A stretch of 64,000 bases of DNA. Origin: Felis catus (lineage: Eukaryota). Both the position numbers and the translations under genes were made by a program. Below the pieces are notes generated by a model. The model saw only the letters and a list, made by a program, of their open reading frames with translations, searched no databases and was not told where the DNA came from. Of the stretch, positions 37,450 through 49,724 are shown piece after piece. The DNA lies in NCBI RefSeq assembly GCF_018350175.1, contig NC_058368.1:103666001-103730000 (forward strand). The letters are read 5' to 3'. Numbering within the stretch: position 1 is the stretch's first letter; each line of letters opens with the position of its first letter.

Positions 37450-37665
37450 TTTTTTTTCATTTTTTAAAATCTGTACTTATTTTTGAGAGAGAGACAGAGT
37501 GCGAGCAGGGGAGGAACAGAGAGAGAGGGAGACACAGAATCCGAAGCAGGCTCCAGGCCCGGAGCTGTCAGCACAGAGTCTGACGCAGGGCTCGAATTCA
37601 CGAACCACGAGATCATGACCTGACCGAAGTCGGACGCTTAACCAACTGAGCCACCCAGGTGCCCC
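37450..37665 (-). mobile_element. CanSINE
   Basis: Reverse SINE ending ctgagccacccaggtgcccc. Confidence 0.95.
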
Positions 37666-38499
37666 AAGAATGGGGTTTTTTAAACCCTCCCAGTGCACCG
37701 GATGTTTTTCTAAACTCTTCAGATAAATTAACTCGCAAGATTTGTACAAGAGCACCTCTGCATTGGACAACTACAGTTGAAGTTTACAAGTCAGGATTTA
37801 GGTTCGTAAATGTTAAGTTCTGGAAGTCCGTGAGGAAACAAATTGGAAGAGCTGGTCCCAAAGCCTATCTACTTTTTGCACCATGAATTGCTTCTCACTT
37901 CCCATGTGTCCTTCTGCTGTGGCCCAATGCACCGACAAATTCACACACTGTCCCCGGGCTGATATGCTTTTGTATTTCCTAAAGGCCATCTTCCCAACAC
38001 TGTCTTTAGGGCAGAAGCCCAAATCCCCCTCCTTGAGGAGTCTGCGATCAGATTGTAGAAGATTTGCCAATATTTTCCTTTTTCTAGATTTCCCCTTTCC
38101 CAAAATGCAGAGCTAAAAATATGTGAAATGAGTCCTTAGGAGTATGAAGTAACTCATAGTTTCCAAATTTACAGAATTCACTCAAATATTCATTTTTAAA
38201 ATGGCTTTTACTTGTGTTATTAACTTTCCTGTTGCCAAGAATATAAATTCTACATAATGTAAACATCTGTTTTTTTTCTGATTGGCACATTATACGATCA
38301 ATGCAGGAAATTGGAAAATTTTAGTGGAATTCTCCTAACTGATATCTACTTCACAGATGCTACACTATTCAACATTCTTCATTTTCTCTGTAAAAATTAC
38401 TGACTAATGCCCAGAATGTACCAAATTTGCTTGCGGCTGGGAAGTTTATCTCTGACACATTTGCAATGTCTCATCTCATGGATTGATTTGTATGCTTGC

Positions 38500-38990
38500 C
38501 AGAATAAGGTTATTTATTCACAAATTCATTTATTCCAGTTGTACCTATTAATGTGTTTATGAAGTGTAATTAAATGTCACATAAACCAAGAAAATATGAG
38601 TACAAAAAGAGAGCTATTGAGTCTATAAAAATAATTTGAATTCTTAGGAAAGACTTGATAAAGATAAGTAATTAAAATTTGCTGTTGAATTAAGTGTGGG
38701 TATAATTTTTTTTCATCATAATAATTTACACTCAGATTGTTTCCACAACCTCTTTTTACTAGAGAAGCCAAAGTGGCGTCATTTTTATAAGGAAAAAAAC
38801 ATGTGGCAACTGTACTTAAAAGATACTTTACTTAAAAAAAAAAAAAGCCTATGTTCTCCAAGAAACATCTAGGAAATTAATAAGCATTTATTGGTAGAAA
38901 GTCTAAATAAAATATTTATGGTATGCATATTTTTGTTTTGATTCTCTCCTTCAAGAGCATTTACATTTCTTGATCAACTACTTCTCATAA
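38500..38990 (+). mobile_element. Ancient Tigger-type fragment (subfamily uncertain)
   Basis: atgagtacaaaaagagagc...ggaaagacttgataaag...tttgctgttgaattaagtgtggg resembles a decayed Tigger transposase N-terminus. Confidence 0.5.
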
Positions 38991-39184
38991 TGATGCATCC
39001 ATAACCCTACCAGCAACAATGAATCATGACTGTTAACACTGTGGCCAATTTCCTCTAGACCCATTCTTTCCATCCATTTTACAAAGATTAGGATTAGATC
39101 ATACCCTACACAAAATTCATAACTCTCCTATTATTGACAGTATATGGCAAGCATTTCTCCCTACGTAAATCACTTTTTCTTTTC

Positions 39185-39920
39185 CAAATCTACTTTATTT
39201 TAGTTTATTGTACCCTATAACTATAATGGACTATTTCATATACAATAAAAATGCACAGCTCAATGACTTTGGCTATTTTTACATAGTCATATACCGAAAA
39301 TGTAAATCAAAATATAAAACATAACCGTCATCACTCCCAGAAAGTTCCCGTATGCCTGCTTCTAGTCAACCTGCTGATTTTTATTACTATAGAATACTTT
39401 TGCCTGAACTTGGATTTCAACTAAACAGAATCATATAGCATGCATTCTTTCATGTCTGACTTCCCTAGTTCAACGTAACGTTTTTAAGATTCATTCATGT
39501 TGTTGAATATCACGGTTTGTCCTATTTTATTAAAAAGGAGTATTCCACTGTATGAATATACTACAGTTAATTTGCACTTTCTCCTGTTAGTGGACATGTG
39601 GTTGTTTCCAAATTTTAAGGATGCTATGAACATTTTTGTCTAAGTCTTATTGTGGACATAGTTTCTTATTTCTGAGTCACTGGGTGCATATACATTTAGC
39701 TTCCCACCAATCTGTCAGTTTTTCAAAGTGGCCGGATCACTGTTACAAGCCTACCGACAAAATGTGAGCGTTCCACTTATTTCAAGTCCTCACCGATATT
39801 AGGTATTCTCGGTATTTTTTATTTTATCCATCATTTTGGATGTGAAATGGTATCTTATTACAGTTTGATTTGTATTTCACTGAAGAGTAATGATGCTAAG
39901 CCTCTTTCTATGTTCTATAC
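39185..39920 (-). mobile_element. Old L1 (L1ME/MD-type) 3' fragment
   Basis: ttttaagattcattcatgttgttg...gagtattccactgtatgaatata...tagtggacatgtggttgtttcca...tgtgaaatggtatctt. Confidence 0.85.
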
Positions 39921-40849
39921 ACATATTTTCAAGAGCTGAGTTTATTCTATGTTGTATATATATACTGCTCACTCTCTCATCTAGGTCTTTCCTGCTTACC
40001 TTTTCCCCAGGACAGTAACTCTGTTATCTTAAATGATAACATATGTATTTACTTACGTGCTTTCACGTTGTTTATATATTTGTTAGCATGTAAATGCCAC
40101 AAGATTAGGAATTTAGTCTATCTTATTTACCAAGACGCCAACCAAGATCAGTACGTGACACATAAGCTTAGCACAAGACTTGTTGAATGAATTCTTTATG
40201 CAATAAAATATTATCTGGTACTTCCCCTGGCATTTCCTGTTGCCTCTTTACATACTTATTCTCATTTTAAATCTTCCTTCCCACATCAGTTTGGGCAAAT
40301 AAGCTGCAGTATTTCATTCCTCAGAGATGAAAGACAAGTGCAGAAATGCAGGTGAGAATTCTTCTAATTTTCAGGTTTCAAGGTAGATTTTTTTTTTGAC
40401 CCTCAACAGAGAAAATAGGTTTGAGACTGTCTCTTCATCAGTGTTTTCTTATTGGTATTTGTCAAAGAGACTTTAAACACATAGGGGTATTATTCCTGGT
40501 TACACAGAAGCAGGGCCAGTGGGCATATTTCTCTGCTGAAGTACTAAATTAAGATGCCATCCGTGGATTGCCCGAGGTTATCTGGACCATCTGGGGCTTA
40601 GAAGCACAGTAGGACTAGAGAAAAGGTCCAGGATGGGACCAGAACAATGAACACGAACAGGGAGTAACAACCTGATGAGACCTGGAAATCTAAAGTTCTT
40701 AAAATTATTTCAGATGCCACGTGATTCAATGAATGCTGGTTCCCCTGTACCTTCTAATTGTAACCAGCTTAAATAGATAGTCACGAACACAGTCAGACCT
40801 CCAGAGAAGTGATTCATCAGACTGTTTAGTTTCTATTCCTATAAAGAGA

Positions 40850-41140
40850 CAATTGTTCCTCAAACATATAAATTTCACATTCGTCCAATTTTCTCCATTT
40901 CTACTACTGCCATCAGACTTCGCCACACCCCCTCTTTCCCAAAGTGCCACTATAACATGTCTCTCGACTTCTTCTATCACCCCAGTACTATCTGTTCTGA
41001 ACATACCCACACAGATGAGCTCCAGGCCTCATCCAGATCACGTCACTCTCCTGCTTAAAGTCTTTCCAGCATTTCTCACTGCCCTCAGAACAAACTTCAA
41101 ACTCTTTCCTCTCACCTCTAAAGTGCAGACATAAAGATCA
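40850..41140 (+). mobile_element. L2 fragment (continues ~41640-41850 and 42190-42355)
   Basis: tctccatttctactactgcca...ccagatcacgtcactctcctgcttaaa...ctcactgccctcagaacaaa; L2 3' end actgtaagtttttgg...aatttgtcaaatga. Confidence 0.7.
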
Positions 41141-41145
41141 GCCCT

Positions 41146-41637
41146 GTGAGAAAAGCAGGGCTAGTTACCCTGAGCTTGCTGTAGCAAGGGAATCAGCCAC
41201 CATCACTCACATTTTGGTAGACACTCAAACTGGCAGAGCAGTGGGAAAGCTTTATAATGAAAAAAGGGAGGGTTTCTGTGCCTTACTGAAGACTGTGGGC
41301 ATAGGGAGGCTATAGGCAGTCTACGTAGAAGGGAGGCATCCTACATAATTAGTTCAGAGGACGTGCTTGGCTTTCTCTGGTTGGTCCAAAGTTGGAAGTG
41401 AGAACAAAAATTAGGAAAGATGCCAGTTGTTAATCAAGTCCTGTTCATCTGGGGCCAACCGTTACAGAAGTTATCATTTAGCTTCTGGGATTGTCACTGG
41501 AGACAACAATCTGGTTTCCTGTGAGTCTGTTTGTAGCCAGCTGTGTTCCTGGGTTGTCTAGTGCAGATAAGAAGTTGGTTGTAGGTTCAAAATTCCATTT
41601 TTATATCTGATCTGGCAATTTTCCGTTTGTATATTCA
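41146..41637 (-). mobile_element. ERV1-class solo LTR (MER89-like) inserted in L2
   Basis: TG...CA ends; ttggctttctctggttggtccaaagttggaag...ttaatcaagtcctg...ggggccaaccgttacagaagttat; minus-strand start tgaatatacaaacgga. Confidence 0.72.
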
Positions 41638-41849
41638 GGCTCTCATTTTGCTGTGTCATGTATTCCCTACCCTCTGCTGTGGTCTTCTCCTCCCCTTTTT
41701 TATCCCTCTTTGCTCATATGTACTAGCTAAAGAAGCTTCTGAGAAGTCCACTAAAATTTCAAACTCAGCCCGGACTCCCCGCCTTTGCATTTGCCTCTGG
41801 CATGGCTGACTCCTTCTCAATCTTCAAATCTCAGCTTAAGTCTGATTTC

Positions 41850-42076
41850 TTAAAAATAATAAATAGTAAATAGTAATGTTTTATTTATTTTTGAGACAGA
41901 AAGGCACAGAACATGAGTGGGGAAGGGCAGAGAGAGAGGGAGACACAGAATCTGAAGCAGGCTCCAGGCTCTGAGCTGTCAGCATAGAGCCCGATGTGGG
42001 GCTTGAACTCATCAACCGGGAGATCATGACCTGAGCTGAAGTTGGATGCTTAACCAACTGAGCCACCAGGTGCCCC
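41850..42076 (-). mobile_element. CanSINE
   Basis: TSD gtctgatttctt. Confidence 0.94.
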
Positions 42077-42370
42077 ATGTCTGATTTCTTTACAGTCTTT
42101 TCCACATCACTGTATTTAAAAGAGATAGAATGCTTACACCATTACTATTTTACTAAGTATTAACCATTGTTTGTTTTCTTCACTTCATTTGCATGTTGTG
42201 GTTATTCTTACTCATTTTCCTACTTCTACTTCAGCTGTCTGCTCCATTGGACTGTAAGTTTTTGGAAACAGGATCCAACGTTGCCATTCTATTACCAGTA
42301 CCTACCAGAGTGTCTAGAATAGGGTCAGCCTTCAAAAGAAATTTGTCAAATGAGTCTGCTACCCTCAATC

Positions 42371-42594
42371 TTCTTTTTTGTTGTTGTTGTTTTTATTTCT
42401 TTTTTTGAGAGAGAGAGACAGAGAGAGAGAACAGAGGAGGGGCAGAGAGAGAGGGACAGAGACAGAATCCCAAGTAGGCTCCACACTGTCAGCACAGAGT
42501 CCGATGCAGGGCTTGAACTCACAAACCATGAGATCATGACCTGAGCTGAAACCAAGACTCAGACATTTAACTGAATGAGCCACTCAGGTGCCCC
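42371..42594 (-). mobile_element. CanSINE
   Basis: Reverse SINE ending gagccactcaggtgcccc. Confidence 0.93.
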
Positions 42595-42711
42595 TTATCT
42601 TGCTTTGCAGACCCGCTAAATTAGAATGTTTCACATATACTTTGGACTTTTGCAAGAATTAAAACTATCAAAAATATGCTTCTTGAATATTATCAAGACA
42701 AGTCTAATATT

Positions 42712-42925
42712 TTATAATTGTTTTATTTTTTTAATGTTTATTCATTTTTGAGAGAAAGAGACAGAGCATGAGCAGGACAGGGGCAGAGCGAGAGGGAGAC
42801 ACAGAATCCAAAGCAGGTTCCAGGCTCTGAGCTGTCAGCACAGAGCCCAACATGGGGCTCGAACTCAGGAACTGTGAGATCATGACCTGAGCTGAAGTAG
42901 GACACTTAACCAACTGAGCCACCCC
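42712..42925 (-). mobile_element. CanSINE
   Basis: TSD acaagtctaatatt. Confidence 0.94.
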
Positions 42926-45079
42926 AACAAGTCTAATATTGTAAACTGAAGAGATTCTCATCCTTGTGTATGGATAGATAATTATTTTTAAATTCTGTTC
43001 TTCAAATACTGTGCCTCTAACAAGATTATAATTCAAAGCTATGTCACAGGTTAAAATTATTTTCTGTAACTTATGTTACTTCATAAACTAATCCAAGATA
43101 TCTAATGGAAGAGCAAAAAACAACAAGAAAAACACTCAAAAGAGGAACAAAGAGAATGCATTAAAAATTAAGTTCTGACTCATTACACTCTGACAAATGC
43201 AAAGAATGCCAAAAATTGATAACAGACCTCAAATAATCGAGTGCTACACAATACAAACACAATGGTAAAATACATAGAATGTTCTCTGGCAGTTTCTTGA
43301 TAATTCAGAAGGTACATCAACAGCTTCCAGTGATCTCTTTAATGATAGCAGAGAGCATTACTCTTGCTTCATATATGTTTGTGAATGGAGAAAGGGGGAG
43401 CCATTTTAATTATTTGGGCCCTGACAAATAGGAGGAGATCTTATCATTTTGGTTGATAATTAGAAACTCAAAAATGATCCTGTCCCTAAATTTTACTTTC
43501 ACATCAAACTGTCATCCTTCCTCAGAGAGGATAAGAAAAAAACATGAGACTTTCCCGTGGCCTACAAATAGCAATTAGGATACCGTCCATTCTTCAGTCC
43601 AGAAATCAAGACCCTGATTGATGGACAACAGAGGCATTGAAAATGAGAACACCATAGAAATGTGTTCCCATCATTCCTTTCTCCTAACAGGACCCACTGT
43701 GGACACACAGTAGGGGGGCATATTATCCTTGCCATTATCCAATTGACCCAAGTGACAAGAAATCAAAATGTCTTTTGTAGTCTTTCAAGGGGATGGGGAT
43801 TAGAGAGAGGAGGGGTGAAGCTGCTGCCTTTATCTTGACACCTTTTAAAACTAGGGAATCCATTTAATGTTGCGTGCATTATTCCAAAATGGTAATTACC
43901 CTGAAAATATATGATAAACACATGCTAATGAGATAAGCCAACAAGGGCAAAAAATCCACTTTAATAATGCAATCATAAGAGAAAGAGTTTTAAGTAGATA
44001 TGGGGAAATTATCATAAATGTCAAGGCTCACAAAATATAATAAAAAGGATTGATGTGTTTTATACATGCTAAATCACTGATGGGGATTTATTATCTACAC
44101 AAGACTCCCAGCTGACAGAAAAACAGGCTCACCACATAACAATAACTTTTGGAAAACATTACCATTTAATTTTACATTTTTCTCTTCTCTTACACTGAGC
44201 TCATAAATCAAAAATTTTTCCCATGCGCTAAAAGGGTATCAAATCTTTGGGCGGAGGTGTGAAAAGTTTTTTGTTACCATTTGCATGACAAAAGAAACAA
44301 TTAGAAAAGGTGCTCCTTGTCTTCATAAGCACCACGTCTATTTCCCTCTCAAGAGTGAATACCAATATCTCTATTATCAAGACTGTAGTGAGAAACGCAT
44401 ATGAAATCAGCGTCTTCCAAGAAGAAATTAAGGGCAGGGAAGAAAGGGTTTTGGTTTGTATTAAGAAGTTAGAACAAAAGTAAAAATAGATAGTACTTCA
44501 GCTTCCTAAGAAGATGCCAGAAAAAACAACCTGAAACAATCTCCTCCTCAAGAAGAGGAGATTAAACCCAGCAAGTGGAGAGGATTCATTTAGGAGAAGG
44601 ACCAGAGCTGTTAGTTCAATAAATTTCTGGAAGATAGATTTGGGGAAGAAGCATGTTGAGTGTTGGGAGTGAAGGAAGTCAGGAATATGCTTAGGTACAG
44701 GCTGCAGTGAGAGGAGGGTTCAGTCTTCTTGCTTCCCTCTAGAGACCCCAGGCTCAGAAGCAGGAGCAGAAGCAGAAATTTAAGCAGGTAAACTAATGAA
44801 GTAAAACCAACACAATCTTCCTTCCCTCCCCATGTGGAGAGCAATAGCAACCCATGGTGGTAATTTGCAGTCCGAGCAAATATATCAGAGAGATCGTCTC
44901 TAAAAAAAACAAATAAACCAACTGGGGAAAGTAAAGCTTGTTGGTGTGAATGTTGACTCTGCATCATATTTTTATGGGATGGGGCAGGGAAAGAAGAAAA
45001 CTGAACTCTTGGAAGTCATACATCTTTGGACTAACAGGAACCTGAGTGCCAAGGAGATTCAGAAGACACACTTACACCT

Positions 45080-45145
45080 TTTGGTTTTTTTAATTAATTA
45101 ATTTATTTATTTATTTATTTATTTATTTAAGAGAGAGCGCACACG

Positions 45146-45184
<39 letters not shown>

Positions 45185-45336
45185 GTTGGAGAGGAGCAGA
45201 GGGAGAGGGAGAGAGAGAATCTTAAACAGTCTTCACACCCAATGCAGAGCCATCATGGGACTCATTCTCATGACCTTGATCCTGAACTGAAATCAACAGT
45301 CGGTCACTTAACCAACTTAGCCACCCAGGCATCCCC
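45080..45336 (-). mobile_element. CanSINE with (CA)n and (TTTA)n
   Basis: Reverse SINE ending agccacccaggcatcccc. Confidence 0.9.
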
Positions 45337-45798
45337 ATACACCTTCTGTTTTTAGATTAAAAACTAAAATGTATTCCAGGTTTGAGAAGAACAAATAAAA
45401 GTATGGCACATTTGAGGCCTGGTCATACACAGAATGATAGGTAACAAGTGGGTTCTGGGTGAAGGTTGAGGTTCATTCTGCAGGTTGACACCGTAAAACT
45501 GTGCTTGCCTTTGGCCTTCTCCAACACTGCACTGTAATATCCAAGTTGTGGAGAAGTACCCAAGAAAGAACTAGTTCAAGAATAAAAGTTATCCAACCTT
45601 CATTTGACAAAGCCATCCCAACAGTAACCATCAAAAATAGGACTATGAAGAGTTCACAGTGCCAAGTCCAGACATTCCCTTCATATCATATCATTTACAA
45701 AGTGATATTTAAATTAGGAGCACATAGGATCCAGGCCATGATGGGCTCTGGCTGGTATAAAAGGAAGTTTTCAAGCAAAAATCAATAACAGTTTCATG

Positions 45799-45989
45799 AG
45801 AGCACCTAGGTGGCTCAGTCAGGTAAGCGAGCCACTCTTGATTTCAGCTCACGTCATGATCTCACAGTGGTGAGCTCAAGCACCACGACCAGGTGGCATG
45901 CTGAGCACGGAGCCTGCTTAAGAATCTCTCCCTCTCTTTCTGTCCCTCCCCTACTTGCCACCCGCCCCCCCCCATACACACACACGCAC

Positions 45990-46037
<48 letters not shown>

Positions 46038-46043
46038 ACAAAA
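45799..46043 (+). mobile_element. CanSINE with long (CT)n
   Basis: gcacctaggtggctcagtcaggtaagc head. Confidence 0.88.
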
Positions 46044-46089
46044 CATCTCCGTGAACAAGTATCCTATTATAAGAAGTAGCTCTTGGCCA

Positions 46090-46490
46090 GTGAATTAGAT
46101 ACTTTGTTTTAAAAGTTCAGAAATAGAAGGGTAAAGAAATAGAAGATCCTGAAAGTTTCCAGGGTAGAATCTGGGGGAAAAGACTGCATACAAAAAAAAC
46201 CACCCCGAAACAACAAGAATCAGGGCGGCATTAGAGCTCTCACTTAGGAAACTTTATGCAAGAAGACAATGGAGTAGTACTTTTCAAAGAACTGGAGAAA
46301 ATTATTTTGAACTAGATTTCCAGACAAGCTATATCATCAATCAAATATGAGTGCAAAAAAATGCATTTCAGATGTCTAAGACTTATGAGCATTCTTGCCA
46401 AGACTGTTTCTGAGTTACTTGAGAACATATTGAAACAAGCAAACTCAGTCAAAATCAAGAAAGGGAAAACATGAGATCCAAGAAACGCTA
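46090..46490 (+). mobile_element. HAL1/ancient L1 ORF1-like fragment
   Basis: agaagatcctgaaagtttccag...aagaatcagggcggcattagag...gcaagaagacaatggagtagtacttttcaaagaactggagaaaattattttgaactaga. Confidence 0.65.
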
Positions 46491-46993
46491 GAGGTAATGT
46501 AGAAGTATAGTAAATATAATCTCAAGATCTTCAAAGTTGAGAAAGTACAAAACACAATTGGTCAAAATTACACCAAGTAAAGACCACTGAAAAGGTCTTC
46601 AAAAAGAAAACGTAAGGGAAAAACGCGATTCCGCAGATAGAATGATTAAGAGACTAGAAGTGATATGGTGTATAAGGCGTTATTTTTCTTTCAACAGAAA
46701 GAAATGAAAGGCAATTAGAAACTCCAGAGAAATACACACCCCACACGCACGCTTACCCACACAGAGTGAAGTACACATGGAGTGATTTTCACGATCTGAT
46801 GGCATTTAAGGAAGATGAATTACTTGGACCTTAATGTTACATACATTTTTTTTCAGGTCGTACAAGAGTCATGATTTAGGATCACTGGAAAAAAATATAA
46901 CCCTAGAATATTACTCAGCCTTGCATAGAGTGATATTTATATAGGCAAAATAGTTAAATGCTGTTTATTAGCAACTCTTAAAATCAAACTGTA

Positions 46994-47195
46994 GGGGTGC
47001 CTGAGTGGCTCAGCCAGCTGAGCGTTCTACTTCAGCTCACGTCATGATCTCATGGTTTGTGGGTTCGAGCCCTGTGTCGGGCTCGTGCTGACAGCTCGGA
47101 GGCTGGAGCCTGCTTCAGATTCTGTGTTTCCCTCTCTCTCTGTCCCTCCATCGCTTATGACCTCCCTCACTCTCTCTCTCAGAAACAAACATTAA

Positions 47196-47230
<35 letters not shown>

Positions 47231-47238
47231 ATATTTAA
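46994..47238 (+). mobile_element. CanSINE with (TAAA)n tail
   Basis: TSD aatcaaactgtag. Confidence 0.95.
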
Positions 47239-47699
47239 AGAATCAAACTGTAGAGAAAGCACAGATACCTTAATTAAGGACATAAAAGGGAATGTAAAGG
47301 CTATCATCCTTGATTCTGTAAAAAATAAAAGGTACAGCTGTCAACTGCTGGAGGCAAATATGCACTGAAATAGACGAAGGCAATGGTAGAAGTAACAAAG
47401 TCTCAACTTAATATGAAGTCAAAATAAACCAGTGAAATGTAATAAAATAAGAAATCATGCATTTCAGTATATTATTTAAAACTACAAAGTCACCAATAAA
47501 ACACCTGAAAATAAAAACAACCTAGAGGAGGGTGTGGAAGTAGGCACATAAAGCTGATACACTGAGAAATAGTGAAATAGTTCTATTATTTAGAATTACA
47601 TGCTACACTGCTTACCATGAGCCTCAAGACCGAAATAGCCAAATGGGGCACCGTTGTTCTTATTTTCAAGACCTTGCATCAGACACCTCTTGTACACAG

Positions 47700-48190
47700 C
47701 CTAACAGATTCTTGGCCCCACACTTGTCATCAGCCACGCTCAGGGTGATCATTTTGTTCAGGCTTCAAGTCAGTTCACACTGATCGCTCCTTACCTTACG
47801 CACACACCATCTTCAGTGACTTTCCCTTTATCTTCAGGGCTTCCCCGATGCTGCCACAGAGCTCCATACCTGTGGGAGGCCCTCTCACACATCCATGTGC
47901 AACCTGTACAGAGTACAGAGGTCAGTAGGCAAATGTTTCTCCAGACAGTCCTCGGACAGATCATTCTGAGAGACATTCGAAATATCCCTCACAAAGTCTT
48001 TGTGTGATTGGGCTGCACTTGCCCAGGGTGGGGACCAGCTCGATAATACCCTTTTCATATCAACTTTTCTTCTCTCATTTCAAATTCTTTCTATTCTCTC
48101 CCTTCTCTGTACAAGGAACTCCCAAGTAAACTGCCTTCCCAGAGGCCCTTTCATTAGAATCAACTGACAAGAAGAAACCACACTAAGACA
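47700..48190 (+). mobile_element. Decayed ERVL-class solo LTR (LTR16/33-like, tentative)
   Basis: 3' end ctcccaagtaaactgcc...aaccacactaagaca. Confidence 0.45.
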
Positions 48191-48699
48191 TCCCTTCTGC
48201 ATCCCTTGGTTTTGGGTTTTTTTCCCCCCACAGGCATTAATGCATTAATCTTATTTTACAATTCTTATGAATATGCACCTTATTTGTTATAGATTTGCAT
48301 AACTCTCATAATTATCACAAGCAAAGACTTATCTTCTCTGGTTCACTGACAATGGCTACTATGTACTAAGCATTCGCTATATGCTTAAAATGATTTCTCG
48401 TGTCAAGGAAGATGCTGCATTTAGAATCACAGCAGAGAATAACAATAAACATATAAAATTCTAGTCCGTGGAGTATCAAACTGGGAAATACAAAGACAAG
48501 AAATGCAATTTGAAACTGACAACATTCCCACGGTGAATGAACCTGAGTCCCTTTCTTCTTATTATAAAATAGCACAATAATGTTTACTTCCCAGGAAACT
48601 GAAGTGAGTTTTTAATGATTTTCAAGTACTTCTTGAGGGCTTGAGAGCTGAGATCTCACAATATATTATATATTTAAACCATTCACAGTTCTCAAAAGA

Positions 48700-48900
48700 C
48701 TGAAGTGAATGAGAAGTGCCCTGAGCAAGATGTCAGAAGATAGGAGTCCTTGATTCTCCTCTGCCTCATTTTTGTTAAAATATTTAGGCAAGGAATTTAA
48801 ACCTTGCTAGCTGCAGTTTCCTCATCTTTCAAGTAAAAATAATGTTAGCTCTGCCAAATATCAGGGCTATTGTTAAAGGTTGATAAGCACTATGCACTCT
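48700..48900 (+). mobile_element. MIR fragment
   Basis: gtcagaagataggagtcc...ctctgcc...ttaggcaaggaatttaaacc...cagtttcctcatct. Confidence 0.7.
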
Positions 48901-49039
48901 TAGGAAACTATCAAGCACACTTGAGAGTCAGGGCACTATTATATCCATGGGAAGCGTGGCAGCAATCACCAAGAGAGAGAAAGCCTCCATGAGGGTAAGG
49001 CCCAAATTGGACAATTATGAAGCTCAGTCCCCATGGGTA

Positions 49040-49370
49040 ATGCCTGGATGTTCTAAAGCCAAGTCTAAACCATCAGCTTTTTCAATGTTTTGAAAAAAAA
49101 TAGGACTCCCTTGCTAACACTTAAATATAAGAAAGTTCACCCCAAAACCCAAACTTTCAACTCCCCTGTGAAAGTTAGGAGATGTGGCCACCTGGGCTGG
49201 GTTCTGGAAGGTCACTATTCCCAGAGTTGAATAGGCTGTCTTTCCAACAGATGGGGCGTGCACCCTCTAACCTGCCACCGTCTCCACTACTCCCTTCTAC
49301 CTCACACCTGGCCCCCTCCATTTATTTAGTTTATCAGTTTGGTCCCTGTGACAGGTGAGTTTGAAGCATG
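49040..49370 (+). mobile_element. MER102-like hAT-Charlie fossil
   Basis: ggagatgtggccacctgggc...agatggggcgtgcaccctct...tctccactactccc...cacacctggccc...ggtccctgtgacaggtgagtttg. Confidence 0.65.
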
Positions 49371-49724
49371 GTTCTGGCATTGGGTAAGGAGATAGACAAA
49401 AGCTGCCCTGATTATATGGAAAAGAAAACTTTGCAGGTTGACGGAAACAGATGCAAAGCTAAGGAAGAGAGGAGAAGGGGGATGTAAGAGCTCCTGCAGC
49501 CTGGTTGGAGGCTGAAGCCGGAACAGAACAGAAGACTAGAGAAAATGCCCAGCTGGTTGGAACACTATAAGGAATTTCAAGACTCAGCTATAATGTGATG
49601 CAACCCTGAGCCAAAGATGATATCTGTAGAGGCCACTGCTAAGTATTCCTCATATCCTTTCCTCCTCCAACTTGAAAAAGAACTTTTAGGGATTGGGGTT
49701 TTTTTGCTGCTTTTTCTTTTCCGG

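Noticed and set aside
37813..38116. 96-aa minus-strand ORF with an upstream acceptor-like site
   Set aside because: No recognisable protein and no matching strong donor.
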